64,000 nt of DNA from the human T2T-CHM13v2.0 reference genome, Homo sapiens, in the NCBI RefSeq assembly GCF_009914755.1, contig NC_060930.1; one strand, written 5' to 3'. Position 1 is the first letter of the stretch. Each line of letters starts with the position of its first letter. A program made the translations under genes and the position numbers. Of this stretch, positions 17,025 to 33,673 are shown in pieces. The notes under the pieces are model-generated. The model saw only the letters and a program-made list of their open reading frames with translations. It ran no database searches and was not told the DNA's origin.

Positions 17025-17192
17025 TTTTTGTAAATAAAGTTTTAAATTTTTGTAAATAAAGGAACCCATGCCCACTTGTCTAAATGTGATCTATGGCTGT
17101 TTTCACATTATAACAGCAGAGTCCAGTAGTTGCACCAGGGACAGGTAAGGCCCTCAGGTCATTTCCAAAAAGAGTTTACTGGCCTCTGCTCT
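17025..17192. mobile_element. MER58A-like hAT-Charlie fragment
   Basis: tttttgtaaataaagtttt...tctatggctgttttcac...gcagagtccagtagttgc motifs. Confidence 0.6.
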
Positions 17193-18577
17193 AAGTAACT
17201 GAAAGATGCCAGCTTATTTCTTATTTGCAGAATAATATATAATAATGACAGAAAATTATACTCAATTAAAATTTCATGAATTTCAAATTGTATTGATAAA
17301 ATAAATCCAAGAACAAAGACAATAAATGGTAAGATTTTTTTATTTAGAAGTACAGCAGAAACAGCAGAATTTTCTTTATATGTCTTGCAGAGGTCTGGCC
17401 TTTGGGGGCGGGGCTAGGGTCTAGATTATTTGCCATAGAAAAGTGATACATTTTAAGTGAAAAATAAATGCTGTACAGAGGACACTAGTCATTGAGGAAT
17501 AGAATGATTCCAAGACTTGGTGGAGTTCCTTTGTTTTGTACTGAAAGCACAGGGACTTTAGGAATATGTTACCTAACCTGGCAACTTAATCCTTTCCCTG
17601 CTGCTTCTAAAAGTCAGTTTTCTTCTTAGCTTGAATTAGGCCATGGTAACAAAAACAAAGGCTTTACCTTGAGGTTCTGTAGGTAAAGCAGAGCTGAGTT
17701 ATGTGACAAGGCTAACTAGGTAATTATGTGTTTTGTCTTCCAAGGTTTTCTCCTGACACCAGCAATAAGGGTGGAATTGACTCAAAAGAGAGATGTGATT
17801 GAAAGGGATTACATTTCTTTTCTAAACACAGAATTCATTTATTTAAAAATGAATAAAATCTTCAAAGTTAGTGTACATTTTGTTTTCTTTAAATCCTCAA
17901 CCCATAATTGCAAGCAAACACAAAACAAAACAAGGGGAAATCAGCAAAAGAAAAAAATCTAAACATGACCAACAGTGCAATTTGTATTTTCTCAAGTCCC
18001 AAACTTGGTGTGAAGATAAACTCATGATCTCTAAACAACTCTAATAATTATAATAAACTAATAAGCTCCAAAGTCGGATTATAAAAGGATAAAGCATTGG
18101 AAATCTACTTTTCAAAAAAAATTAAATATAAATTGGTACTAAAGGAAATAGTGATAACAATGAAGCTTGCTTTAAAATCAGTTTGGTGTATATTTTTCTT
18201 ATTACAAAATATTACATATTTCATTTAAAAGTATTTGTTTAAAGTACAGATAACCAAAAACAAAGAAACTGTAATTTCACAGTGTAAGTCTACAACTTAT
18301 AGATAACCACACCTGACATTGTGCCTGCCACTCACTGAGAAGAATATGGAATAAAAAATTACAGAAAAATATGAGAGTGAAAAACTGGAAACAATCTCAC
18401 GTCAAACACTAAGGAATGAAAGATTGAGTCAATGTGACATATCTGAAGTACATAAAGTTATGCCTATATTATAGCCATTTTTTCAAGAAATCTTAGTGGT
18501 ATTGGCAAATTTTCACAATATAAAATAAATGTAAAAAACCTGATACAAATTTGCATATATAATTTGCATATACAATT

Positions 18578-19312
18578 TGTATTATAGGTTGAATTGTGTC
18601 CCCTAAAATTCACATTGACATCCTAACCCTCAGAACCTCCGAATGTGAGCTTATTTGGAAATAAGGTTGTTGTAAATGTCATTGGTTAAGATGATGTGAT
18701 ACTGGGGTAGGGTGGGCCACTAATTCAATATGACTAGTTTACTTACAAAAAGGGGAAATCTGGGTGGGCATGGTGGCTCATGCCTGTAATATCAGCATTT
18801 TGGGAAACTGAGGTGGGTAGATGGCTTGAGCCCAGGAGTTTGAGACCAGCCTAGGCAACATGTCAAAACCTAATCTCTACAAAAACACAAAAATTAGCCA
18901 GGCATGGTAGGGTGCTCCTGCAGTTCCAGCTACTCAGGGGGCTGAGGTGGGAGGATCACTTGAGCTTGAGAGGTCAAGCTGCAGTGAGGCGTGATTGTGC
19001 CACTGCACTCTGGTCAACAGAGTGAGATCCTGTCTCAATAAAAAGTGGGGTGGTGAACCTGGAGGCAGATACCCACACAGGAAGAAACCTATGAAGGCAG
19101 AGATCAAGACAATGCTTCTCTGCACCAAGGAACACAAAGACTGCGAGCAAACCACCAGGAGCTAAGGGAGAGACCTAGAACAGCCCTCAGAAGAAACCAG
19201 CCTTACAGACACCTTGATTTTGGGCTTCTAACCTCTAGAACCTCTAGAACTGTGAGACAGTAAATTTCTCAAAGTTGTTTAAGCTACTCCACAGCTGCAG
19301 GAAACTAATACA
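18578..19312 (+). mobile_element. MaLR LTR (MLT1B/C-type) split by an Alu
   Basis: Starts tgtattataggttgaattgtgtcccc and ends ggaaactaataca. Confidence 0.8.
18761..19044 (+). mobile_element. AluJ
   Basis: Diverged Alu dimer with J diagnostics (gcttgagcccaggagtttgag; ggaggatcacttgagc). Confidence 0.85.
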
Positions 19313-19342
19313 TATAGTATCAATTGAATTTTGCTATGAAGT

Positions 19343-19344
<2 letters not shown>

Positions 19345-19378
<34 letters not shown>

Positions 19379-19486
19379 ATTTTCTCAGTGACTCTTTCTG
19401 GTCACTTCTTCCCTGGTGACTCTATGTACAATTTTTATCAAATATATGGTCTTCAATATATGTATCTGTCTTAAATATATATATAT

Positions 19487-19524
<38 letters not shown>
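19345..19524. repeat. (TG)n at 19345-19375 and (TA)n at about 19474-19524 microsatellites
   Basis: Seen directly. The TA run abuts the L1PB tail. Confidence 0.95.
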
Positions 19525-21357
<1,833 letters not shown>

Positions 21358-21384
21358 TCAACATCGTATATATTTTATAAATTT

Positions 21385-21540
21385 ATCTTTTCCATTGCTT
21401 TTTCCCTATTGGACTGTAAACCCCACAGAAGCAGGGATTTTTACCTTTTCATTCTGTGATGTTTCTGTGTACTTAGAACAGTGCCACAGGATAGAGATAG
21501 ACACTCCAAAAATATTCAATAAACAAGTAAATGAATGGAA
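21385..21540 (+). mobile_element. L2 3' end
   Basis: ggactgtaaacccc...gcagggattt...tagaacagtgcc...aatgaatg, the L2 terminal pattern. Confidence 0.6.
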
Positions 21541-23794
21541 AATAATTTAAATAAGAAATAAACTATAATGTTAAAATAGTTTTCTCTGGGTAGTGAGATT
21601 GAGATTTATTGGTTTGAGGGTTTTCAAATGATCTACATATAATATTATTGTAATCACAGAAAAATAACATTTTTAAAAAGCAAAGTAGAGAAAGTGAATA
21701 ATGTAAAAGGTTAGAACAAAAGTCATCAGTTTCATTATACTTGCACATTTTTTATGCCTAACTGTGCAACACAGTATTAAGAAATAGTTTTGTCAGTTGT
21801 CCTATTATTTGCACTGAAGCAGCTTATGTATTTACATGTTACCAAATTCTAGAAGTGCAAAGGGTACCCATTTTTGTAAGGAAGCTATGGAGAACAGTTA
21901 TTTCAAAAAATTAAATTGACTTTCGGAATTAAAGCCCTGTTGCATTCATCACATCATGTAATTGTCATTCTTAATCTGATGGGGCTATAGAATCCCACAT
22001 TTCTACACCTGGTTTACTAGTAACCCATGTGTACAAATTCTTCTGTGATCCACATGCCCACTCACCTAGGAAAGCTCCCTGCTGTTGGCATGGAGCCACC
22101 AATGTGCCGGGCACTGAGCCAGGTACTTAGTCTACACTGAGAGATGTTCACTCATCCTCTGGAACGAATCAGAATAGGCCAGGATTACTACACAGATAAT
22201 CACTAAACAGAGAAGTGTGTGTGTTAAACAGTCCAAGAAAGACACAAACAAAAGTATTTTTTAGGCAGAGGCAGCAATCAGGGAGATCAGACAAATACTT
22301 TATGATATCCCCCACTCAGAGTACCTCAGAGGCTTTCCACCACCTTCCAGAAGCCAGTATGGCATTCAAGGAAATATATTCTCTGATCTCATCCAACCTT
22401 CCCACTATTATCTCTTCTAAGTAGGTTCCCTGTTGCTCTAGCCATGCAGTCTGTTTTCTATCCCACTCCTGAATTTTCTCTGACCCCAGTTTTATTTATT
22501 GTACCCTCTTTTCCTCAGAAGTAAAATTATGCTTGTCCGATAATGCACTTGATGTAGGGGTTGAGAAATGAATTGCTATGCTCATGGCCTTCCTGCCAGG
22601 GCCTGATCGTTCCTTTCTCCCTTTTGCTTCAAAGTCAAAGGCAGATAAAGCCCTGGGAAGGTGGAGTAACATGATCTCCCTTCAGGGCTGCCACGGCGGG
22701 AGGTTGAATGCCTGAGCATTCCCTCTGAAGAGGATGGGTTGCTGGTCGCACATTGAAGTGCAGGAAAGATCCTTCCCTGAGAGGACCCATTCTTCAAGGT
22801 TCTGTCCAGAAGGAACCTCCTTCTCGAAGTCTTCTACAGTCACACCAGTCAGAAGTGACTCCTTCTCTGGGCTCCTCTTAGGTCTCTGTACAAACCATCT
22901 AGACTAAATTGGCTTGTGCAGACCTTTGTATCCTACTGAACAGTAAGTTCCTTGAGGCTAATGACATGTTTATACACTTAGTGTTTTCCTTTCTACCTAG
23001 AACAACACCTTCTCTGCCTAAGAAATCTTTAGGGTAGGAATGAGTGGCCATTTTTTGGTTATAGGGGAAGGAGTTATTTGGTGTCACCATTTAGAATTAT
23101 TTGGTTTTACAAAACAGAAATCCTCTGAAAGAAACTCATAAAAAGGCAGTCTTTTAGAAGGATACAAGGGCATCTCATGGAACTTAATTGTGGCATTGCA
23201 GTCTGGGTTTAGGGAAGTGTGAATGTCTCCAGTCACCTCCTGTCTGCATTCCCCTCTTCCTGGCACTGTGTGGTCCTCTCCAGTCCATCTGTCTGTCTGT
23301 TCTGTTTTCTGTTGACCCCTCTCAAGGCTGTTTCTGCTTCCCCATACTTCAGATGACATGCAATATTACCTTGTTGTGAAGCAAACTCTGGCCTCAGTTC
23401 AATGTGGTCTTTTAAATCAGGACTCACCATCATCCTACTAACTACAATTTTTGTTAAGTCTTTAAAAATTCTCAAGGGAAAGAACATGGCTGGCATTGGC
23501 TAACCAGGGTCAGATTAAGACACTTAGAGATATCAAAGCACTAAAAAGATTGTGTTCCACATATACTGTAAAATCAAAATTTTACAATAATTCTAAGCAA
23601 TTAAATAAGTGTAAGAAAGTCCACTTTAGTCTGATTTTTTTCCCCTAATGACTACTTTGATTTTTTTAAACATCCTAGTAATAAATATTATCAAAGGAAA
23701 TTTGGGGTTTCCTCAATTTTTCCAGTGCATCAATCATTACCTATTTGGTAATCTGACTTGGGGCCACCCAGGGGATTATCTTCCCCAGGAGAGG

Positions 23795-24547
23795 TGATAT
23801 GGTTTGGCCCCCACCCAAATCTCATCTTTAATTGTAACTCACACAATTCCCACATGTCATGGGAGGAAGCTGTTGGGAGGTGATTGAATCATGAGGGCGG
23901 GTCTTTCCCATGCTGTTCTGGTGATAGTGAGTGGGTCTCATGAGATCTGATGGCTTTAACAATGGGAGTTTTCCTGTGCAAGCTGTCTTCTCTTGTCAGC
24001 CTCCATGTGAAACATGCCTTTCACCTTCTGCCATGATTATGAGGGCTCCCCAGCCATGTGGAACTGTAAGTCCAATAAACCTCTTTCTTTTGTAAATTGC
24101 CCAGGCTCAGGTATGTCTTTATCAGCAGTGTGAAAAAGAACAAATAGAGTAAATTGGTACCAGTAGAGTGGGGTGCTGCTGAAAAGATACCCAAAAACGT
24201 GGAAGCAACTTTGAAACTGGATAACAGGCAGAGATTGGAACAGTTTGGAGGGCTCAGAAGAAGACAGGGAAATGTGGGAAAGTTTGGAACTTCCTAGAGA
24301 CTTGTTGAATGGCTTTGACTGAAAGCCTGATAGCGATGTGGACAATAAGGTCTAGGTGGAGGTCGTCTCAGATGGAGATGAGGAATTTATTGGTAACTGG
24401 GGCAAAGGTGACTCTTGTAATGTTTTAGCAAAGAGACTGGTGGCATTTTGCCCCTGCCCTAGAGATTTGTGGAACTTTGAACTTGAGAGAGATGACTTAG
24501 GGTATCTGGTAGAAGAAATTTCTAAGCAGCAAAGCATTCAAGAGGTG
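23795..24547 (+). mobile_element. THE1 (A/B-type) 5' LTR (23795-24148) plus truncated THE1 internal region (24149-24547)
   Basis: LTR start tgatatggtttggc..ccacccaaatctcatc; internal start gtaaattggtaccagtagagtgggg; MaLR-int ORF relic 24356..24679 (EVVSDGDEE..GNW.KG). Confidence 0.85.
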
Positions 24548-24739
24548 ATGTACCTGTCTTTTATATTTGGGTCTAGAGGTCAGAGAAAGAAGTCGGATAT
24601 TTTGAGGCATAAGAAAGCCTCCGTTATTAGAGGGAGCCACATGGTATGGAAAGGAATGCAAGCAGCCTCTAGGAGATAAGAGCAGCCCCAGCTGACAGCC
24701 AGCAAGCAAACGAGAACCTCAGTCTTACAACCACAAATA

Positions 24740-27664
24740 CAGTTCACCCTCGAATAACACAGCTTGAACTGTGCAGGTCCATTTATATCCGATTTTTTTT
24801 TTCAATAACTGTACTAGAACATGTTGTGGAGATTTGCAACAATTTGAAAAAATTCCCAGATGAACTGCATAGCCTGAAATATCGAAAAAAATAAAAAGTT
24901 AGGTATGCATGGCTGTATAAAATATATACAGATACCAGCCTATTTTATCATTTACTACCATAAAGTATACACAAACCTATTATAAAAAGTTGAAATTTAT
25001 CAAAACTTACACAAATACTTACAGATAATATACGATGCCATTTGCAGTTGAGAGAAATGTAAAAAACATAAAGATGCAGTATTAAAGCATCACTGCATAA
25101 AATTAACTGTAGTAAATGCTGTACTTCTGTAATAATTTTGTAGCCACCTCCTGTTGCTATTGTGGTACGCTCAAGTGTTGCAAGTATCCACTTAAAGTGC
25201 CATGTGACACTAATCATCTTGTAAGCAGTTCATCTCTCCAGTAAATTGCACATAATAGTAAAAAGTGACCTCTCATGGTTCTTACATAGTTTTCATTGTG
25301 TTTAGTGCAGTACTGTAAACCTTGAATAACACGACGGAACCCATCTGAAGTGCAACTAGTGATGCTAGAAGTGTACCCAAGAGGCAGAGAAAAGTCATAA
25401 CGTTACAAAACAAAGTTGAATTGCTTGATATGTACCACAGATTGAGGTCTCCAGCTGCAGTTCCCTGCCATTTCAAGATAAATGAATCCAGCATAGGAAC
25501 TACTGAAAAAAAAAAAAAAAGAAAGAAAGAAAACAGAGAGAGAGAGGACATTTGGGAAGGCATTGCTGGCTTTGCCAGCAGGTGCAAAAATGTTGTAGTT
25601 TTTACAAAATGCCTTTTAATCTTGTATTGAAAATGCAGCTTTTATGTGGGTGCAAGATTGGAATAATAAAGGCATACCTGTAGGCTCGAATATGATTCAA
25701 GGAAAAACCAAGTCATTATGTGACAACTTAAAGCACAATGAAAGTGAAAGATCTAAAGCTAGAAAGAGGTTTGGCTTTAAAAATGTTAAGATAACAGGAG
25801 AAGCAGCTTTGCCTACCAGGAGGCAGTAGACAACTGTTCAGATGCAATTAAGAAGAACATTGAGAAGGAATATCTTCCTAAACAGGTTTTTAATGCACAC
25901 TAATGGGCCCCATTCTGGAAAAAAAAATGCTACAAAATACATTTATTAGTAAAAAAGAGAGGCAAGCACCAGGAGTTGAGGCAGGAAAGGGTAGGTTAAT
26001 GCTACTGTTTTTTGCAAATGCAGTCGGGCTTATTATCAGGACTGCCCTTATCTATAAGGGTTTTGCTTATCACGAAGCCTGAGGAAAGAAGATAAACATC
26101 AGCTGCAAGTCTTTTGCTTGTACAAGAAGAAGGCTGGAAAATGAGAAACATTTTCCTGGTTTGGTTCCGTAGATGCTTTGTCCCTGATGTCAGAAGAACC
26201 TTGCCAATAAAAAACTGCCTTTAATTTTTTATATATATATATATATATGACTATATATATATGACTATATATGACTATATATATGACTATATATGACTAT
26301 ATATGACTATATATAACTATATATATGACTATATATAACTATATATGACTATATATAACTATATATATGACTATAGATAACTATATATGACTATATATAT
26401 AACTATATATGACTATATATGACATCATATATATTATTATATATATAGTATACATAATATATGTATGTTATTATTATATATATATATATATTAGACAATG
26501 CTCCTGGCCACTCAGAACCCATGAGTTCAACACCAAAAGCGTCAAAGTGATCTACTTGCCCCCAGACATAGCATCTCTAATTCAGCCTCCAGATCAGGGG
26601 GTTATTAGGACCTGTAAGGCTCACACACGTGGTTCTGTATAGAAAGGATTGTGAATGCTAGGGAAGAGAACCCCGATAAAGAGAACATCATTAAAGTTTG
26701 GAAGGATTGCACCATTAAAAATGTCATCATTGTTATAGAAAAAAACGTGAAAGCCACATGGCCCGAAACAATAAATTTCTGCTGGAGAAAACCATGTCCA
26801 GATGCTGCGCATGACTTCACAGGATTTACAGAGCCAATCAAGCAAATCATGAAGAGTATGTGGGTATGGCAAAAGAAGGTGGGAGGCAAAGGGTTTCAGG
26901 ATATGAATCTTGGAGAAATTCAAGAGATAATAGACAACATACTAAAGGAAATCACAGAAGTCAACCTGATAGAGATGAGTACTTCTGAATCAGGGCCAAT
27001 GAGGAAGAGGACATAGAAGCAGTAGTGCCAGAAAGCAAATTGACATTAGAAAATCCATCAGAAGGGTTCTGATTATTCAGGACTGCTTTTGACTTCTTTT
27101 ATGACATGGACCTTTCTATGATATGGGCACTGAAACGAAAGCAAGCTGTAGAAGGATTGGTACTACATAGAAACTCAGAGAAATAAGGCAAAAAATTCAG
27201 ACAGAAATTACCATGTATTCCCGTAACGTGACACCAAGTATGCCTGCCTCTCCTACCTCCCCTTTCACTTCCCCCACCTCTTCCGCCTCTGCCACCCTTG
27301 AGCCAGCAAGACCAACCTTTCCTCTTCCTCCTCTTCTTCAGCCTACTCAACATGATGATGATGAGGATGAAGACCTTTATGACAGTCCATTCTCACTTAA
27401 TTAATAGTAAATATATTTTCTCTTCCTTATAATTTTCTTAATATCATTTTCTTTTCTTTAGCTTACCTTATTTTAAGAAAACTGTATATAATACATATAA
27501 TATACAAATTCCATATTAATCAGCTATCTATGTTATCAGTAAGGCTTTCAGTCAAGAGTAGTCTATCAGTGGTAAGTTTTAGGGGAGTCAAAAGAGATAT
27601 ATGATTTTTTTTTACTATGCAGGGAGTCAGTGCCACAACTCCCATGTTGTTTAAGGGTCAACTG
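24740..27664 (+). mobile_element. Full-length Tigger2 (pogo-family DNA transposon), transposase decayed
   Basis: TIRs cagttcaccctcgaataacac / tgttgtttaagggtcaactg with TA on both sides (24738-39, 27665-66). Pogo transposase relics: ORFs 25421..25630, 25644..25829 and 26651..27016, plus LDNAPGH at about 26491 and SLIQPPDQGVI. Confidence 0.9.
26229..26491. repeat. AT-rich VNTR, (ATATATGACT/ATATATAACT)n flanked by (TA)n
   Basis: Seen directly: 10-12 bp units between TA runs, inside the Tigger2 ORF. Confidence 0.95.
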
Positions 27665-28484
27665 TAACTGAATTTGGCCAAAGACCTTGGAAGCAAGCTC
27701 TTCCTAGGACACTGGAAGACCTTGAGCCTCCCATTGAGAACTCAACCCACCCAACACATTTATTTTAGCCTTTTGATACCCTGAACTGAGAACAATGGTA
27801 TGCCATACCTGTTTTAAAATGATACATTTGTGGTAACTTTTTACACAGCAATATAAAACTAATACAAAAATACTATAAAGATTGAGAATCATGACACTAG
27901 ACAAAGGAGATTGGTTCCAGGATGCAGTGAACAAGTGCTTCTGCTTGCTCCCCATTCATTTCTCCTTTTTCTTAATGGTTATCCTTGAACACCTGCCTTT
28001 CCTCCTCTGTTAGTCTGATTGGTATGAGGTTGTCCCCTGCCAAGCCCCACCTTCACCTCCAGAAGTGAGCATATTACCCAGGTTCAGCAAAAAGGATTCG
28101 ATTTTGGAGTTTCCTTTGGAACTACCGGGAAAGAGAAGATCATTCAAAGGATGAATAAATCTATCTTGGGAAAGTAGAGACTAAGAGATGGAGAGAGTCC
28201 TAATCCTGATGATATGGTTTGCCCCAATATCCAATCATACCAAAAAGTAGAATCCCAGTACTATTCAGTTATGTAAGCCAATATATTTCCTTTTTTGCTT
28301 AAGTCAATTTTGAGATATCACTTGCAAGCCAAAGAAGCCTTGAAAAATCATAGCATATAACATTATAGCTTAAAAAAAGTAAACCCTACATTCTCTAGTG
28401 TACAAGTATCTGAAAGAACAACATAAACCACAGTTCAAAATTAAAGATAAGCACTCTGACTTCTGTTACATAGAAGACTATAAT

Positions 28485-28743
28485 ATTTAAACATCACTTC
28501 CTCATGGAAGCCTTAGCTGACGCCTCTGTTGGCTCAGGTATACCTTTTATATTCTCTCTTGGGACTTACACTTCCCCCTCCAGAGCACAATGCACTTATA
28601 ATCAAATATTTGTTTATGTAATTGCCTATTTGATGTCTGTTTTCCTTAGCAGTCCCATGAGGACAAGCATTGTGGCTTATCACTGTATCCCTGGGGCTGC
28701 CACAATATAGGTGCCCAGTTGTATTACTGGTTGAATGAATGAT
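28485..28743 (+). mobile_element. L2 3' end
   Basis: aacatcacttcctcatggaagcctt...ccatgaggacaag...ttgaatgaatga. Confidence 0.65.
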
Positions 28744-30265
28744 TACAAGGACCTTAGCATGACTAAAGTTCATAAAGGAATAATATCTTTTTGCCTATTT
28801 GAAAGAATTCCCGTATCATATATGTGCTTGAAGTATAAATCCAGTTGCTTTTATTGTAAGTAAATTTGATTTCATCACCATTCTTAAGATAATCTAACAC
28901 CAATTAGCTTCAGATTTCCTTCCATAAAATCAGTTGAAAGTAAGAGCTAACACGTGTAAACCAGTTCACAAATTAGGATGTGCTTTTCATATACGTTAGC
29001 TTCCTTAATCCCTACAAGAATCCTGGGACTGAAGAACCAAGGCTCAAGGAGGTGCCTTGTCCAGGGTCCCACGCACACGGTGAGGTGGTGCCAGGGCTAG
29101 ACTAAATCTAGTGCATTTCTCCTGAAAATAATGAGCATGCAAGTCCACATTAACAAGTTTTTCCTCTTTTTCTTAACCAAGGCATAAGTCATTTTGATAT
29201 TATTTTAAGCTATATGTGTGTATAATAAATCATATGTAATAAAAAGCTGAATAATGGAGAACACACTGGAATTCAGTTATTCTAAAGGATAGCATTAAAC
29301 TTTATATTTTAGCCAGATGAGTAAAGCACTCAAGTATGAGTGTGTATGTTGGGGGACACAGGGGTGTATTGCCTTAAAGTGGGAGAAAAAGTCTTCTTAC
29401 TTGTTGGGACCGCTCAGAATTTCCCAGTTACATCTAGTTTAGCCCTAATAAACAATTTGAGAAGTTTTTTGTTTGTTTGTTTTGCTTTTATAAAAACTAG
29501 TATATGCTTATCTGCTATATTATGAGAAAAGTAAATTACCCTTTAGGAAGGAATTACTTTTGGGTAACAAGTCATTGTTTCATTGAAGATGCATGGTTAA
29601 AAAAAATCTTTATGGTGGTGGGGCCTGTTTTCTTCCTTTTATAATTGTTATAATCCACCAGAAATAATATATAATTTTGTGTAACTCTACGGCTGTCTCA
29701 CAGATGGATGGGATAATATGTCTCTGTTTCTCCAACCTTAACCCCAATCCCCTACTTCTGTTTCTCCACTCACTCAAAGTCCCTGTAATTGTCACTTGGT
29801 AATGTATATGAGCATGCACGGACAGAGAGGTAACAGGGCATGCTCAAGTTTTCCTGCCAGTGATGTGCATTGCCTCATGTCATAAACAGTAAATCCTTTA
29901 TGCTGAAAGTCTGTTCATTTTCACACCATTCACTTGTCTGCTAACAGTTGTCCAGATTTTTTAATTCGGCCTCTTACACTAATCCTGCAACTGCTGGTCC
30001 TAGACAGGTGCAGGGATCAGACTGGCTCAGTTAAGTAAAACATCTGGCCTGAAAATGATAATAGGCTCTTTTTACTCCCTCCAGCTATAGGAAGAATGTG
30101 GAGTTTTCAAATGCTAAATCACACAATTAGGCTTTAATATTCCCTTAAACATACACATCCCAAACACCACCACCAAATGCATAAATGTCCACATTCACAT
30201 ACACAAATAATCACATACACACATGATAAGTAACATTCCACTATTTCTTTTACAAAACAAGACCT

Positions 30266-31997
<1,732 letters not shown>

Positions 31998-32705
31998 AAA
32001 ACAAGACCTGTAAAGAGTAAGAGCCTGGGAAACATGAGGATCTGACTCTGACAATCCCCTTTGTTTCTGGGTTTCAACAGGTATTGGTGGTGGAGCTCTC
32101 AGGCCTAAAGGTAACTTTTTGCAGGAAGCACATCATGAGCTTCCATGACATTCTCAGGTTTTATGACTTCATGAGTTCAAAGCAAATTATAGATGATTCA
32201 AGGTGAGAAAGATGATACCTGGGGATGGGATTATTTCATGGAAGGCTTTTAGCCTCATCTATCCATTTTAGAATCTAGTCATAGACAGGGACTGGATATG
32301 ATAAACTACCAACATTTATGAGTCCTCTCAGCTCTAAATATATGGTGATTTTATGATCCCCACATATGTGTGGTGGCAGATATGCCGTCCAGTTCTCAAA
32401 AGGAATATATAAGTATTACAAGGATTCTTGATTTTCAACAAAGCTGAGAAACTCTCCAGAAAACCCACTATCAGTTGGCATCCCCTAGTGTATTTTGAGG
32501 GGCTGAAGAAAATTTCTGCATTCATGGCCAGAGCCACCCATCAGAATTTTTACCTCTATTTTGCCTAGTGAAGAATATTGCTTTTATAAACCCAGGTCAG
32601 CTAAGTTTAATGAGGCTCAACTATCACAGAAAGATTGGATATGGAACTAAAACGAAAGCCTTGACCAGTAGTAAAAGCTGAAAAAGTAAATTTGCTCAGG
32701 GCTGG

Positions 32706-33067
32706 TGATATTGCCTAGCTATGTCCCCACCCAAATCTCATCTTGAATTATAGTTCATGTGTCATGGGAGGGACCTGGTGGGAGGTAATTGAATCATGGG
32801 GGCGATTGCACTCATGCTGTTCTCATGATACTGAACGAGTCTCATGAGATCTGATGGTTTTATAAGGGGCTTTTCCCCTCCTAGCTCTCATTCTTCTTTC
32901 TGCTGCCATGTGAAGAAGGATGTGTTTTCTCCCCCTTCTACCATGATTGTAAGTTTCCTAAGGCCTCCCCAGCTCTGTGGAACTGTAAGTCAATTAAAAC
33001 TCTTTCCTTTATAAATTACCCAGTCTCAGGTAAGTCTTTATTGGCAGCATGAGAATGGAGTAACCCA
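32706..33067 (+). mobile_element. THE1 (C/D-type) solo LTR
   Basis: TG..CA termini; GCTGG 5-bp TSD at 32701-32705 and 33068-33072. Confidence 0.9.
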
Positions 33068-33083
33068 GCTGGCCTTCCTGCCA

Positions 33084-33260
33084 CCAAGGACTGGTACATA
33101 GTGATGAGGCCCAGTGCAAAATTAAAATGCAGGAACTCTTGTTCAAAAGTTATTAAGAATTTCAAGATGGCAATAGCAGAACATGAAACCAAGGATGAAG
33201 CCATTCTAAACACAGGGTTTTGTGGGACTGCAAAGGTCACATGGCGATGAAGCCAGTATT
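33084..33260 (-). mobile_element. MER45A-like hAT-Tip100 MITE
   Basis: ggcccagtgcaaaattaaaatgc...ttgttcaaaagttattaagaatttcaagatggc matches the reverse complement of the recalled MER45A consensus. Confidence 0.75.
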
Positions 33261-33489
33261 GTGCCACCTGCAATCTCACAGCTATGCTTTGAGCTATGCA
33301 CTTTGAGGCAATGAGAGTGACTTGTTCATCCCTGGATCCTCAGTGTTACTAAGCACAGTCTCTGCACCACTCTCATTCTTTGTAAATAAGGGATGGGTTA
33401 GGCATGAATAAGGAGCTTGGATTTTATTTGTTAAGTAGTGGGACAGCGATTCTGGAGGGCAGGTAGAAACTTTTTGTTACAGTCAATGA

Positions 33490-33673
33490 CAGTGAATCTC
33501 AAAGTATGGCCCTTGAACCAGCAACCTTGGCATCACCTAAGAATTTGATAGAGATGTAAATTAACTGGTCTTACTCAGACCTACAGAATCAGAACCTCTG
33601 TAGATAGGACCCAAAAATCTGTTTTGACAAACCCTTGAGGTGATTCTGATCATACCAGTGTTTGAGAACCAAG
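33490..33673. mobile_element. MER5A hAT-Charlie MITE
   Basis: cagtgaatctcaaagt...cagacctacagaatcagaa...tttgagaacca. Confidence 0.75.

Larger units (their letters stand above)
24560..27866 (+). mobile_element. MLT1 (E/F-type) LTR remnant split by Tigger2
   Basis: cagccccagctgacagccagcaag..acctcagtcttacaaccacaa before the Tigger; actgaatttggcc...aaactaataca after it. Confidence 0.65.

Noticed and set aside
17215-17400. Possible 98-bp exon (ttatttgcag acceptor at 17230, gtaaga donor at 17329)
   Set aside because: All three frames contain stops and there is no supporting evidence; such motifs arise by chance in AT-rich DNA.
26229-26491. CRISPR-like or coding repeat array
   Set aside because: It is a simple AT-rich tandem repeat with no unique spacers, in eukaryotic DNA.
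25400-27150. Domesticated Tigger-derived (TIGD-like) gene
   Set aside because: There are multiple stops and frameshifts and a VNTR within the DDE region; TIRs are retained as in an ordinary fossil.
29600-30150. Apparently unique stretch as a candidate enhancer
   Set aside because: No diagnostic motif is visible; conservation or chromatin data would be needed.
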